This document shows, one piece after another, positions 54,536-63,579 of a stretch of DNA of 64,000 nt (within the stretch, counting starts at the first letter, position 1; every line of letters starts with the position of its first letter). The position numbers and the translations under genes were made by a program. Location of the stretch: sequence record PQ330092.1; one strand, written 5' to 3'. The notes under the pieces are model-generated. The model saw nothing but the letters and a program-made list of their open reading frames with translations. It was not told the DNA's origin and ran no database searches.

Positions 54536-54564
54536 TTGACAGAACTTTTCATTACTGATATAGT
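54536..54564 (+). promoter_or_regulatory. sigma70-type promoter
   Basis: TTGACA-17-TATAGT. Confidence 0.7.
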
Positions 54565-54593
54565 ACACTAACGTTAATCATAGGGTAAAAATT

Positions 54594-54839
54594 ATGTTAA
54601 ATTTTTTAAATTTTCTTATCGTCTTGTGTATTGTTCTTGGGATTGCACCATTTGTATTGTATTTCATGGATTCAGATGAAATGCAAAAGATGAATTGCAC
54701 AAGGACAGGACAGAGTAGAGTAGAGACGATTCTTATGCCTGTTACGGTTATTGTTAATAATATGCCCATTACCAACATGGTCCCTACCCTAACGACAACG
54801 TACCAGTACTCTTGTGCTGACGGAGAGAGGTGGAGATGA
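54594..54839 (+). CDS. membrane-anchored small protein
   Basis: N-terminal TM FLIVLCIVLGIAPFVLYF; two Cys in the soluble part. Confidence 0.75.
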   Translation: MLNFLNFLIVLCIVLGIAPFVLYFMDSDEMQKMNCTRTGQSRVETILMPVTVIVNNMPITNMVPTLTTTYQYSCADGERWR

Positions 54840-55147
54840 AATTTAATATAGCAAAAACATCGAGTATATGTATTTTTGGTTATGCTGATGAGTTAGGTGA
54901 TATTGACATTCTTTTGTACAAAAAGGATGGTGTTATGCATTTCAAGTACCAGGATGAAGAGGCAGACAATTATCTTTTACCTAATTTAGTACAAATGCAG
55001 GAAGAGGAATTATTCCAGTACAGCTTAGTATACGACATTGATATTTGCACGATGCCAGTACTAATTAGTATTCAAAAAGTGATGCTCGATATGTATGATA
55101 AGCTAATACAAGGTATGTCAGGGAGGATCATTGAAATTGACATATAA
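54836..55147 (+). CDS. EExFQxSLV-motif protein
   Basis: MQEEELFQYSLVYD. Confidence 0.85.
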   Translation: MKFNIAKTSSICIFGYADELGDIDILLYKKDGVMHFKYQDEEADNYLLPNLVQMQEEELFQYSLVYDIDICTMPVLISIQKVMLDMYDKLIQGMSGRIIEIDI

Positions 55148-55343
55148 GAATATACCTAATGCATATGAAATGAAGTACAGGGAGTTTATTAAAAATGTAC
55201 ACACCGATCCTTTTAATATCAAAATATCAGAGTTTGATGTATTATTTTATCTAGGGTCAATAGCACAGGATCAATGCGTTGATAAGCTCATATGGTCCTT
55301 GAAAATGGAGATACAATGCAGACCCAAATATATAAAAAGGTAG
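55131..55343 (+). CDS. outlying LGTxxQE-like paralogue
   Basis: SEFDVLFYLGSIAQD; TTG start. Confidence 0.7.
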   Translation: MKLTYKNIPNAYEMKYREFIKNVHTDPFNIKISEFDVLFYLGSIAQDQCVDKLIWSLKMEIQCRPKYIKR

Positions 55344-55579
55344 ATTCTTTATTGTACGCTTCAAAGTACAGGGATTTTTGTTTACGAGGGGGAGAGGAAG
55401 ATTTCTCTCTGAGATTATCTGAATTTAATATGTTATTTTATCTTGGTACAAAAGATCAAGAAGATACAGTACAGAAATTTATCAAGCACCTTGAACAAAA
55501 AATTCATATGCAAATTTTTATGCTTAAGGTACATAATGAGATAAACAAATATGAACCCAACAATAGTACAGGATCTTAA
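55316..55579 (+). CDS. outlying LGTxxQE-like paralogue
   Basis: SEFNMLFYLGTKDQE. Confidence 0.75.
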   Translation: MQTQIYKKVDSLLYASKYRDFCLRGGEEDFSLRLSEFNMLFYLGTKDQEDTVQKFIKHLEQKIHMQIFMLKVHNEINKYEPNNSTGS

Positions 55580-55937
55580 AAAAGTAATATTTCTTTTGAA
55601 TACCAGAAGTGAATTGTATACAGAGTTAAAAGAGATTAATGCATTTTATCAGAATTTTGTAATCCAAGAGATCAGTGATTTAATTACAGATGCATTATTT
55701 GAATTCTCGGAGAAATACAAAGGTTCAGAGTTCAGTGTTAAGAATGTTATTCGTCCAAGTGCAAGGAAAATTATATTATCACATTTTACATTTGACAATA
55801 AAGATTTATTCAGTCATAATCCAAGTACAGCTTTATATTTTATTCCTGATTCAGACAAAAATCATCCTATTCATTACGGATGGATTTTGTCATATATAGT
55901 ACAAGGAAAGGAGTATCCTATTAAATGGAAAGATTAG
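55551..55937 (+). CDS. hypothetical
   Basis: 128-aa ORF in an overlapping chain. Confidence 0.75.
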   Translation: MNPTIVQDLKKVIFLLNTRSELYTELKEINAFYQNFVIQEISDLITDALFEFSEKYKGSEFSVKNVIRPSARKIILSHFTFDNKDLFSHNPSTALYFIPDSDKNHPIHYGWILSYIVQGKEYPIKWKD

Positions 55938-56086
55938 GGCGATTAGATTATTACACAATTAATACAAATTATTTGTTGCGTAATATAAAATCCGATTACA
56001 AAATATGGATAAAGAACAGAGATAGCATGTGTTATGAATTTTATTTAGATTATGCTATCAAACGATTTTTAAGAGAAGAACATTAA
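55925..56086 (+). CDS. hypothetical 53 aa (below cutoff)
   Basis: Hand translation MERLGRLDYY...FLREEH*; TAATG coupling to the next gene. Confidence 0.55.
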   Translation: MERLGRLDYYTINTNYLLRNIKSDYKIWIKNRDSMCYEFYLDYAIKRFLREEH

Positions 56087-56289
56087 TGCAAAAGATTAAT
56101 ACGATAACATTAAATGCATTACAGGATTCATTATTAGATAGTATTAAGATGTATTACAATATACATTTGAAGGGTGGTATTGATAATTACGATTATTATT
56201 TGAGTTTAATTACATTTGAGCACCTTTCAGTACAGGACAGGATTTTACATCCTACAAATCCTAGGTATCCATCGATAGGTAAATTATGA
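56086..56289 (+). CDS. hypothetical
   Basis: ORF track. Confidence 0.7.
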   Translation: MQKINTITLNALQDSLLDSIKMYYNIHLKGGIDNYDYYLSLITFEHLSVQDRILHPTNPRYPSIGKL

Positions 56290-56840
56290 ATGAGATAGAG
56301 TTATTAGCACACAAGATAAGTACAATAATGCTTATCCTCAATAACAACCATCCTATATCGCATATAGATGGAATCCTGAGTCAGAGGACAGGTGGTAGTT
56401 TATATTTGTCCATAAACGCAGATATCGCAAGGAAATACATTGATATTGACATTGATGTTGAAATCGAATATGATACAACGGGGATTGTTGATGTAGGTGC
56501 ATTAATCAGTTCAAATCCAGTATCAGCATCCCCATTGACCAAAGGTGTTAGTACAGGATTCGAAGGGTATTTGTGGTACAATACCAATGATGATTATTTT
56601 ATATATCAGCATTCCAATACAAATTATGATGAAGACAAATTTCAGTTCATAGACCCTTATGATGAAGCTGGCGTATTCCAACAATCATTAATCACAAAAC
56701 CGCATGAGATGATGTATCTAATGTTATTCAGTACAATGCATTTGAATTCATTAATTAAAGGTTTAAAATTTTATATTCAATTAAATTTAGTCCATGTAGT
56801 TTATGATTTATTAATGCAAGGATACAGTTATGAAGTATAA
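56286..56840 (+). CDS. FQxSL-motif protein; paralogue of 56912
   Basis: MNEIELLAHKIST...EGYLW...VFQQSLI...LMQGYSYEV. Confidence 0.85.
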   Translation: MNEIELLAHKISTIMLILNNNHPISHIDGILSQRTGGSLYLSINADIARKYIDIDIDVEIEYDTTGIVDVGALISSNPVSASPLTKGVSTGFEGYLWYNTNDDYFIYQHSNTNYDEDKFQFIDPYDEAGVFQQSLITKPHEMMYLMLFSTMHLNSLIKGLKFYIQLNLVHVVYDLLMQGYSYEV

Positions 56841-56890
56841 AATGATGTATACCCAAAGATATGATTTATGTTGAATTAGAAGATGATGCA
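56830..56890 (+). pseudogene. frameshifted, truncated copy of the 5' end of 57408
   Basis: Near-identical to 57408-57466 but ACCCAAAGAT vs ACCCCAGAT (+1) gives an early stop. Confidence 0.7.
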
Positions 56891-56911
56891 TCCATCAATA
56901 GGTAATAATAT

Positions 56912-57418
56912 ATGAATGAGATAGAATTATTAGCACACAAGATTAGTACAGTAATGCTTATGCTCAAGAATAATCATTCTATGCATAAGTACATTTATAT
57001 AGGTGATTTACGCATAGAAGATAGATATGATAAATTATCGTTTTTGTTTAAAGATGAAAGTAATGCAAAAGTTTGTTTTGCAGCATTTGCCCAAGGCAAT
57101 CCAGAACAAGCATCTCCTGTTATATACGAAAATAGTGAAGGGTATTTGTGGGTCAACACAAACGATTATTTCTTTTATGATTTGAAACAAAATGATGAAG
57201 TAGAAGCACGAATTGATTTAATTGATATTAGTTCAGATTGTAGTTCTGAATTATTTCAGAAATCGTTATTATACAGTCCTCGTCAAATACATTATCTAAA
57301 GTTATTCAGTTCATTGTACGCGAATCCTTTAATTAAGGGTTTTAAATTTTATATCAAAATTCCGTACCTTTCAAACGTTTATGATATTTTGATGCAAGGA
57401 TATAGTTATGAAGTATAA
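56912..57418 (+). CDS. FQxSL-motif protein; paralogue of 56286
   Basis: SSELFQKSLLYS. Confidence 0.85.
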   Translation: MNEIELLAHKISTVMLMLKNNHSMHKYIYIGDLRIEDRYDKLSFLFKDESNAKVCFAAFAQGNPEQASPVIYENSEGYLWVNTNDYFFYDLKQNDEVEARIDLIDISSDCSSELFQKSLLYSPRQIHYLKLFSSLYANPLIKGFKFYIKIPYLSNVYDILMQGYSYEV

Positions 57419-57719
57419 AATGATGTATACCCCAGATATGATTTATGTTGAATTAGAAGATGATGACGATGGGTGGAATTTGATTTATTCAAGAAGTTCA
57501 GGTTGGTACATGGCACATTTAAATGATTCGATAGTTACAGATTATTTTGTAGATTTCAATACATTATCCGATGAAGAATTGTTCCAACAGCAATTAGTGA
57601 TTGACACGGGTGGTTATGATGTCTTATTATTAAAAAAGATACAGAAAGCTGTTATTGATTTTAAGCCCATGATATGGCAAAGGAAATATTATGACCTCGA
57701 AGTACCGTACCAGCAATGA
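57408..57719 (+). CDS. EExFQ-motif protein
   Basis: FNTLSDEELFQQQLVID. Confidence 0.85.
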   Translation: MKYKMMYTPDMIYVELEDDDDGWNLIYSRSSGWYMAHLNDSIVTDYFVDFNTLSDEELFQQQLVIDTGGYDVLLLKKIQKAVIDFKPMIWQRKYYDLEVPYQQ

Positions 57720-58257
57720 TATTCAGTACACCTACGCTAATGCAATCCTTATGGGACAAAAGTTAGCTTGTATTGTTGCAGCCTTATATAATGCACAGAA
57801 AGATTACAAGCGTCACATCCACAAATGTATTGGTATTATTCCATCGAAGTACAATACATATATTACGTGCACGAGTCATTTTGATAAACGATTCAATACA
57901 CCTGATACACCAAATGCCCGTAGTGTTATTGGTCTTTTGGATTTTGCACCTGGTGCTGTTATTGGAAAGAATGATTTAGAGTACGCATGGTATAATAAAA
58001 ATGCCCCGTTAGTAATGGTAAAATATGATACAGAAACGAACAAAGCAATAGAGTACAATACATATAAATCAGAGGAAGAATTTTTCCAAGGTTCAATGCT
58101 TGTACCAGTGCGTTTGTTATTTTATAATGTCATAATGAGTACAGTACACAATAGTCCATTACACAAGAATCACAAAATTAATTTCAATTTTTGTGCTTAT
58201 GCGATTGATGGTGTGTATGAGTGTTTAATGGAGGTATTGAGTTATGAAGCTGAATAA
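57691..58257 (+). CDS. EExFQ-motif protein
   Basis: YKSEEEFFQGSMLV. Confidence 0.8.
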   Translation: MTSKYRTSNDIQYTYANAILMGQKLACIVAALYNAQKDYKRHIHKCIGIIPSKYNTYITCTSHFDKRFNTPDTPNARSVIGLLDFAPGAVIGKNDLEYAWYNKNAPLVMVKYDTETNKAIEYNTYKSEEEFFQGSMLVPVRLLFYNVIMSTVHNSPLHKNHKINFNFCAYAIDGVYECLMEVLSYEAE

Positions 58258-58585
58258 TACATTTGATATTAATAAGTTAAGAGAATGGTTTTATAGTATT
58301 GAAATTGAAGCCATCCCGTATCATAGATATGAACAATATAATTTAACCAGTATTGATATCCGTGAGTTGTACGCGTATTATCAAAGTGCATTAGAGATGC
58401 ATAAGTTATTTTTGAGTACAGATTTTGTTCTAAATTACAATTTTGAGGAATTTAAAAATTATAATTTAGTACAGAAATATGTAGTAGCAAAGTACATGTA
58501 CAATCAAGGAATCAAAGGTTGCATCGAATTCAATACCGTTCTTATTTTAGTTGAGGTAATTTTATGCACCGCATGTCTGATTTAG
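58244..58585 (+). CDS. hypothetical
   Basis: SD GGAGGT; ORF track. Confidence 0.75.
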   Translation: MKLNNTFDINKLREWFYSIEIEAIPYHRYEQYNLTSIDIRELYAYYQSALEMHKLFLSTDFVLNYNFEEFKNYNLVQKYVVAKYMYNQGIKGCIEFNTVLILVEVILCTACLI

Positions 58586-59070
58586 AGTTCAGTTTAGATG
58601 CAGCCTTTAAATTTGTTCACAAAATAGAAACAATATACAGTACATTATGTGCAATAACATCAGTATCAAAAGAGTTTGATGTTGGTGAAAGGTATCAGGT
58701 GTGGAATAATTCATTTTATAATAAAGAACATTCTGCGACGGCATTTTATATTTTAGCATTTAATCCCAGCAATTGTTACCCAGAGAAGCATGAACGTTAT
58801 CCAAATGACGACATGTGGTTTGAGTACAAAGAAGATTCTGATATGTCGTCAATTGTAGTTCCTGATGATTTTAATGCACAAGATTTAACAGAAGAGTGGT
58901 GGTTCCAGCAGAATTTAGTACATGATGATATTGATTTATTTTTCTATATTGCATTTAAAATGCTTTATCACAACAATATAGTTAAAGAAAGTGTATCGTT
59001 TTCATGTCTATATATTGATGATTTGTACAATGAAATTCAAATAAACATGCCCAGAACGCCTGTATCGTAA
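58573..59070 (+). CDS. EExFQ-motif protein
   Basis: LTEEWWFQQNLVHD. Confidence 0.8.
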   Translation: MSDLEFSLDAAFKFVHKIETIYSTLCAITSVSKEFDVGERYQVWNNSFYNKEHSATAFYILAFNPSNCYPEKHERYPNDDMWFEYKEDSDMSSIVVPDDFNAQDLTEEWWFQQNLVHDDIDLFFYIAFKMLYHNNIVKESVSFSCLYIDDLYNEIQINMPRTPVS

Positions 59071-59095
59071 GATATGGGCTTTTTTCGTTTTGGTA

Positions 59096-59124
59096 TTGAC
59101 ATAGAAGACCAAAGCTGTTATCAT
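59096..59124 (+). promoter_or_regulatory. sigma70-type promoter with extended -10
   Basis: TTGACA-17-TATCAT with TGn, after a GCCCA/TGGGC-TTTTTT terminator-like element. Confidence 0.65.
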
Positions 59125-59152
59125 GTGTAATCATTTTAAAGGAGAACATATA

Positions 59153-59665
59153 GTGAGTTTCATAATCCCAAGTACATACGAAGATGCATCAAGTGCAGTT
59201 CATAAGATTCATTATATTTTTAATTTAATTATTAGATCTGCAAAAATTAAAATGTATGCACCTCTTGTGACAAATAATCGAAATGAAGAAATTTTTATTA
59301 GCACAGACAAAATTATTTTTCCATCTTTCCATGAAGATAGATTGTGGTTCATGCATTTAGCTGCATTACAAAAATATAAAATGTCAATTCGTAATAATTT
59401 GGATATACCGTTATATCATCCTGATATTGGAGAGGATGAATATTTTCAGTACAGTACAGTACACCGCCATGAAGATATCTTTGTTGCTATGCTTATTGCT
59501 AAATTGAATACCGTTGATTTGGAGCAGCACAAATATAATAATACATCATGTAAGATCATAATCCCTGCATTCATAGCTCTTTATGATTATGTGGTGCATA
59601 ACATAAAAGATGATACATATGCTTTCAATGAAGAGTATTTGGATTTTTTTAAGGAGAACATATGA
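59153..59665 (+). CDS. EExFQ-motif protein
   Basis: Probable GTG start after GGAGA; IGEDEYFQYSTVHR. Confidence 0.75.
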   Translation: MSFIIPSTYEDASSAVHKIHYIFNLIIRSAKIKMYAPLVTNNRNEEIFISTDKIIFPSFHEDRLWFMHLAALQKYKMSIRNNLDIPLYHPDIGEDEYFQYSTVHRHEDIFVAMLIAKLNTVDLEQHKYNNTSCKIIIPAFIALYDYVVHNIKDDTYAFNEEYLDFFKENI

Positions 59666-60192
59666 GCAGTACAACAGTACAGAAAGCAATGTCATTCAAT
59701 GAAATTGGTACATTTAAAGATAAGATCATTGATTGCCTTGAATACATGATTTGTAGTAATATCGAAAGTATCGAGATATTTAACAAGACAAATCGCTCTT
59801 ACCATATGATGTACATTGCAAACAATAATGGTATCATTCCATTTATTTCGGATAGTACAATATGGTACGCATGTGATACGAAAAAAACCACAATAGGTTT
59901 ACATTTATTTGAGACACATTATGATCTAATTATTCCTGAACATTGTATGCAAGAAGAAGAATATTTTCAAATGCAATGTATACATTCACCATTAGTGTTG
60001 TTTAGTTTATATATTATACCTTATATCACCAAATGTGTTCATGAGAATAAAGCTCCGTGGAATCATGAATTTGTATCGTTGAAGTTATTGTATAATGTAT
60101 TAGTAGAATATTATGATTACAGGCACAATGGTACAATCAGTGATGTATGGGATTTTGAATCGCTAAGGGTGAAAACATACACAGGTGAATGA
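59662..60192 (+). CDS. EExFQ-motif protein
   Basis: MQEEEYFQMQCIHS. Confidence 0.8.
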   Translation: MSSTTVQKAMSFNEIGTFKDKIIDCLEYMICSNIESIEIFNKTNRSYHMMYIANNNGIIPFISDSTIWYACDTKKTTIGLHLFETHYDLIIPEHCMQEEEYFQMQCIHSPLVLFSLYIIPYITKCVHENKAPWNHEFVSLKLLYNVLVEYYDYRHNGTISDVWDFESLRVKTYTGE

Positions 60193-60808
60193 TATGACCA
60201 GAATTAAAATGTATGATTTGATGCAGTACAGTAAAAATGCCATTCCAGTGCTTAATAAAGTGCTGGATGCATTCATTGCCAAATACCCTGAGAATTCAGT
60301 GTTATGTATTCCATTTAGCGTTCCAGATAAAGATGATATATTCCAAGTGAATGTCAGTACACGTGGTATTACATTACAGCAGAAATACATGGATACGGAA
60401 TATTATGGAATAAAGTTGGATTCAGTACAGGGTTCAAAATCAGCCTATGATTTTTTTGTTCCTAATAATATAGAGTCATGGGAAACAAACATTTCAAAGA
60501 AAGATGAAAATGATGTTCCTATTAGTGGTGTGTTCAACAATAAAGTTTTTTATTATTACGAAACCGACAAATTCCCTGAAGAGTTATATTACAATTCAGA
60601 AATGAATGAAGATGTAGATGCATTCATGTTTCAATTATCTTTAGTACATGATATCATTGATGTTCAAGAGTTAAGAGCAGAAATCAATTTAGCTAAAGAG
60701 TTATCGGACATGCTGCCACCGTTTAGTATGCTTTTTTGTGAAGGTGGTTATTTTTCAAAAGAAGTGTTTGAACATTTCGTAGATGTTGTAAAAGGGTTGG
60801 ATATATAG
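60185..60808 (+). CDS. FQxSLV-motif protein
   Basis: DAFMFQLSLVHD. Confidence 0.8.
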   Translation: MNDMTRIKMYDLMQYSKNAIPVLNKVLDAFIAKYPENSVLCIPFSVPDKDDIFQVNVSTRGITLQQKYMDTEYYGIKLDSVQGSKSAYDFFVPNNIESWETNISKKDENDVPISGVFNNKVFYYYETDKFPEELYYNSEMNEDVDAFMFQLSLVHDIIDVQELRAEINLAKELSDMLPPFSMLFCEGGYFSKEVFEHFVDVVKGLDI

Positions 60809-60809
60809 T

Positions 60810-61004
60810 ATGCTTACAGTTGATGTTAAACAAAAATACCGTAAGTTTGATTGGTTCACCGACAGTTTCCAGCTTGAATTATTACATTTGAATATCTGTG
60901 AAACATTATGTGCAGAAACACAAGATGAATTTGATGATAGAGTGCTTCACATCGTAGTTCTTTCTTGCTTTAAACATTTTGGTTATTTTTTCGGACAGAA
61001 TTGA
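60810..61004 (+). CDS. hypothetical
   Basis: ORF track. Confidence 0.65.
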   Translation: MLTVDVKQKYRKFDWFTDSFQLELLHLNICETLCAETQDEFDDRVLHIVVLSCFKHFGYFFGQN

Positions 61005-61012
61005 GGTAAAAA

Positions 61013-61528
61013 ATGCATCAACACAAGCATCATTCATATGATTTTGCAATTAACATTATGAAGTTCATTCGAGCGTTGGAGGATGGGAAGCTTAGTCATA
61101 AGTACAGGAAAGAGGGTAACAATTGGTTCAGAAATGATTCCGAGTTCAGTTGTCATAAAATCGTGTATAGTAATCAGTACAGTGCCAATTACCTACAAGA
61201 TGTAGTGATGTGTTTTGAATACGTGTTGCAGTTCAGGGGTTCAATCCAAGATGAGTTGATGGAGAACATGTACATCCGATACCTTCCAATGCTCAAAGAT
61301 GAAAATGTATTATTAAATTCAATATACCAACGAGTTCGTGAAATTGAGTGCAGGGATATATTAGATACAGAAGAATCGTATTTCCAGCAATCCCTGATTT
61401 ATTCACCTGATTTATTACAGGTACATAATTTGTTTAATACATTACGTCAGAACATCAGTACAGACATATTTTTGTCATTATCGGATTATGATACATTTGT
61501 TAAAGATTTAGAGGAAATAGGTTTATGA
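61013..61528 (+). CDS. EExFQxSL-motif protein
   Basis: DTEESYFQQSLIYS; SD GAGGT. Confidence 0.8.
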   Translation: MHQHKHHSYDFAINIMKFIRALEDGKLSHKYRKEGNNWFRNDSEFSCHKIVYSNQYSANYLQDVVMCFEYVLQFRGSIQDELMENMYIRYLPMLKDENVLLNSIYQRVREIECRDILDTEESYFQQSLIYSPDLLQVHNLFNTLRQNISTDIFLSLSDYDTFVKDLEEIGL

Positions 61529-61869
61529 GTCAATTTTCGGTTTATATAGTAAACGTCAGTAAAGATGGTAGTTTAATTGAATTTGATGTAGTTGATAACA
61601 ATGATAATTCATATGGTATTAAGGTACAGGACAATGATGTACAGTTCAGTACAAGGACAAATTTTGAAAATCCAGTCCAAGTTCCGAATTTCATAGAAGA
61701 TGAAGCTGCACGATTCCAATACGAAACGGCATATGACAATGTACATATGCATATTATTATGCAAACGAGTTTAGTTCAATTAGTTCCTTTGTTCAGACAA
61801 AATATATATGTACATGAAGTGTCGATTAATGGCATTCAAAGTTCCGTTTTGTTCGGTACAAATATGTAA
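61525..61869 (+). CDS. EExFQ-motif protein
   Basis: EDEAARFQYETAYD. Confidence 0.8.
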   Translation: MSQFSVYIVNVSKDGSLIEFDVVDNNDNSYGIKVQDNDVQFSTRTNFENPVQVPNFIEDEAARFQYETAYDNVHMHIIMQTSLVQLVPLFRQNIYVHEVSINGIQSSVLFGTNM

Positions 61870-61879
61870 GGAAAGTATA

Positions 61880-62422
61880 ATGAGTTTATTAGATACATTA
61901 GAAAAAGACAGAAGTGCAATTAAGCGTTTAAAAGAGCAAGTACAAAAGATTGTATACAACGTTGATAAGTTTGAAGTCCCAGGAAGATTTGGTGATATTT
62001 CCCATACGGAGATCAAATCCCTTAAGTCAGATTTGTTGATTAAAAATAAAAATGGGTTGATTTTAGTTTTGAGTTCAGATATGATGGGGGCAACACATAG
62101 TTATAATGCAGTATCGGTGCGTTCAGAGTGTGAAGGTATATATCTATCACAGGGTTTCAATAGCGAGACACAGGTTTGTTTTTGTGATGCAGTACATGAC
62201 CCTATGAAGTTCACGAGAAGTGAAGCCCAAGCGTTATTAGAGATATCAGACGAGAGTTTGTTTCAGTACAGTACAATGTATGACAATGATAAGCTTCGTT
62301 GTATGTACGCTGTAAAGCATTATACACAGGAGTTTTCTGGATTTGCATACCTTTTAGTTAGAACCAATACCAGATATATTGATATGTTAGAAGATTACAT
62401 CGATAAAGTTGTTAATGTATGA
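61880..62422 (+). CDS. EExFQ-motif protein
   Basis: MSLLDTL after SD AAGGA; ISDESLFQYSTMYD. Confidence 0.8.
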   Translation: MSLLDTLEKDRSAIKRLKEQVQKIVYNVDKFEVPGRFGDISHTEIKSLKSDLLIKNKNGLILVLSSDMMGATHSYNAVSVRSECEGIYLSQGFNSETQVCFCDAVHDPMKFTRSEAQALLEISDESLFQYSTMYDNDKLRCMYAVKHYTQEFSGFAYLLVRTNTRYIDMLEDYIDKVVNV

Positions 62423-62444
62423 TGTATGATTATGGGATGGGATA

Positions 62445-62612
62445 ATGCTGATGAAAGAGTTATTTGAAGATCAGTTCGATACATATGTGGATAATATTCT
62501 TTATTCCAGCCGTGCTAGTCAACGAGGAAATCGTGCTTACAATATAGATTACCTATTAGTGGTGCTGAGTTCACAGTACACCTACGCTGTACAGAGGACA
62601 TATTATGAATAA
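62445..62612 (+). CDS. hypothetical 55 aa (below cutoff)
   Basis: Hand translation MLMKELFEDQFDTY... Confidence 0.5.
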   Translation: MLMKELFEDQFDTYVDNILYSSRASQRGNRAYNIDYLLVVLSSQYTYAVQRTYYE

Positions 62613-62808
62613 TTTTAGAGATGTTGCTAAGGAGAAGTTCAAGTGCAGTTTAGATTACGGTTTAAATGATTTTCTTACATGCACAATGTACAGGAATGAT
62701 GATTATGAGCAATCCGTAATTTCGTTGCACAGATATTTCGAAATAATTTACGCAAGATATCTTAGAAGGTTAGATGGGATAGGGGATTGGAATTATGATT
62801 ACGTTTGA
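62605..62808 (+). CDS. hypothetical
   Basis: SD GAGGA. Confidence 0.7.
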   Translation: MNNFRDVAKEKFKCSLDYGLNDFLTCTMYRNDDYEQSVISLHRYFEIIYARYLRRLDGIGDWNYDYV

Positions 62809-63004
62809 AGAGCCGGAAGTGTTAAGTTCGCATAGTATTAAGGGTTTTGAATACATGATGGATTTGATTTTGAAGGATACATATTTGGTTCAGAGTGTAG
62901 ATAATACGGTACACCGAGTATTGAATTTATACGAGATGACGAGTCGAAGGCTTTGTGCGATGAAAAGGATTGAAGAAATTAAGCTTTCTAGGCTGAATAA
63001 ATAG
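62795..63004 (+). CDS. hypothetical
   Basis: ORF track. Confidence 0.65.
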   Translation: MITFEEPEVLSSHSIKGFEYMMDLILKDTYLVQSVDNTVHRVLNLYEMTSRRLCAMKRIEEIKLSRLNK

Positions 63005-63036
63005 AGACGTTTCATTTTGACAGGCCGCAGGGGGGT

Positions 63037-63091
63037 NNNNNNNNNNNNNNNNNNNNNNNNNNNNNNNNNNNNNNNNNNNNNNNNNNNNNNN
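63037..63091. other. assembly gap (55 N)
   Basis: N run preceded by GCAGGGGGGT; CCCCGCCCCCGC ~45 bp downstream. Confidence 1.
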
Positions 63092-63201
63092 TATTGTGTT
63101 TTTCAGAGTACAGTTCATGTTTCCTGAAACAAAAAATACCCCGCCCCCGCAACGTGCTCCTTATATTGGAGTTTACCTTATTAATTATAGTAGAGATTAA
63201 G

Positions 63202-63579
63202 ATGGAAATAAAATATAATGAATTTTGTGCAAGGACATGGATGTACACTGGTGAGTTAGTTACGCACTCTAACTTATACAAGGGTGATTTAAACTACGCT
63301 AGGGACAAGATTTTAAAGTACTGGAATGCTGACTTTTATTTGATGGATTTTAGTACTGGGTTTCATGGGATATCTATCGAGATGCCGGACTATACAGTAC
63401 TTGATGATGCTGCACTGTTCCAGGAGGCATTAGTATTTGATAAGAAGTACATCTGTACATTAGAAGAGATGATTGAATTACAGCGTAGAATTAAATGTAT
63501 TCACAGGGAATGTATAGATATCTGGTGCAGTACTGGTGAAGATAATTTTTGTAATCATTTCAATCTAGGGGAAGTGTGA
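63202..63579 (+). CDS. FQxxLVFD-motif protein; paralogue of 63576
   Basis: MPDYTVLDDAALFQEALVFDKKYICT. Confidence 0.8.
   Translation: MEIKYNEFCARTWMYTGELVTHSNLYKGDLNYARDKILKYWNADFYLMDFSTGFHGISIEMPDYTVLDDAALFQEALVFDKKYICTLEEMIELQRRIKCIHRECIDIWCSTGEDNFCNHFNLGEV

Noticed and set aside
1434-61739. Opposite-strand or nested ORFs in the track (e.g. 1434+, 3001-, 9631-, 13154-, 13896-, 19202-, 24444-, 51308-, 55690+, 57773+)
   Set aside because: Shadow frames of better-supported genes that have SDs, promoters or paralogue motifs
62927-63281. ORFs 62927(-) and 63012(-), and the long start of 63094(+)
   Set aside because: They span or abut the N gap; not supportable
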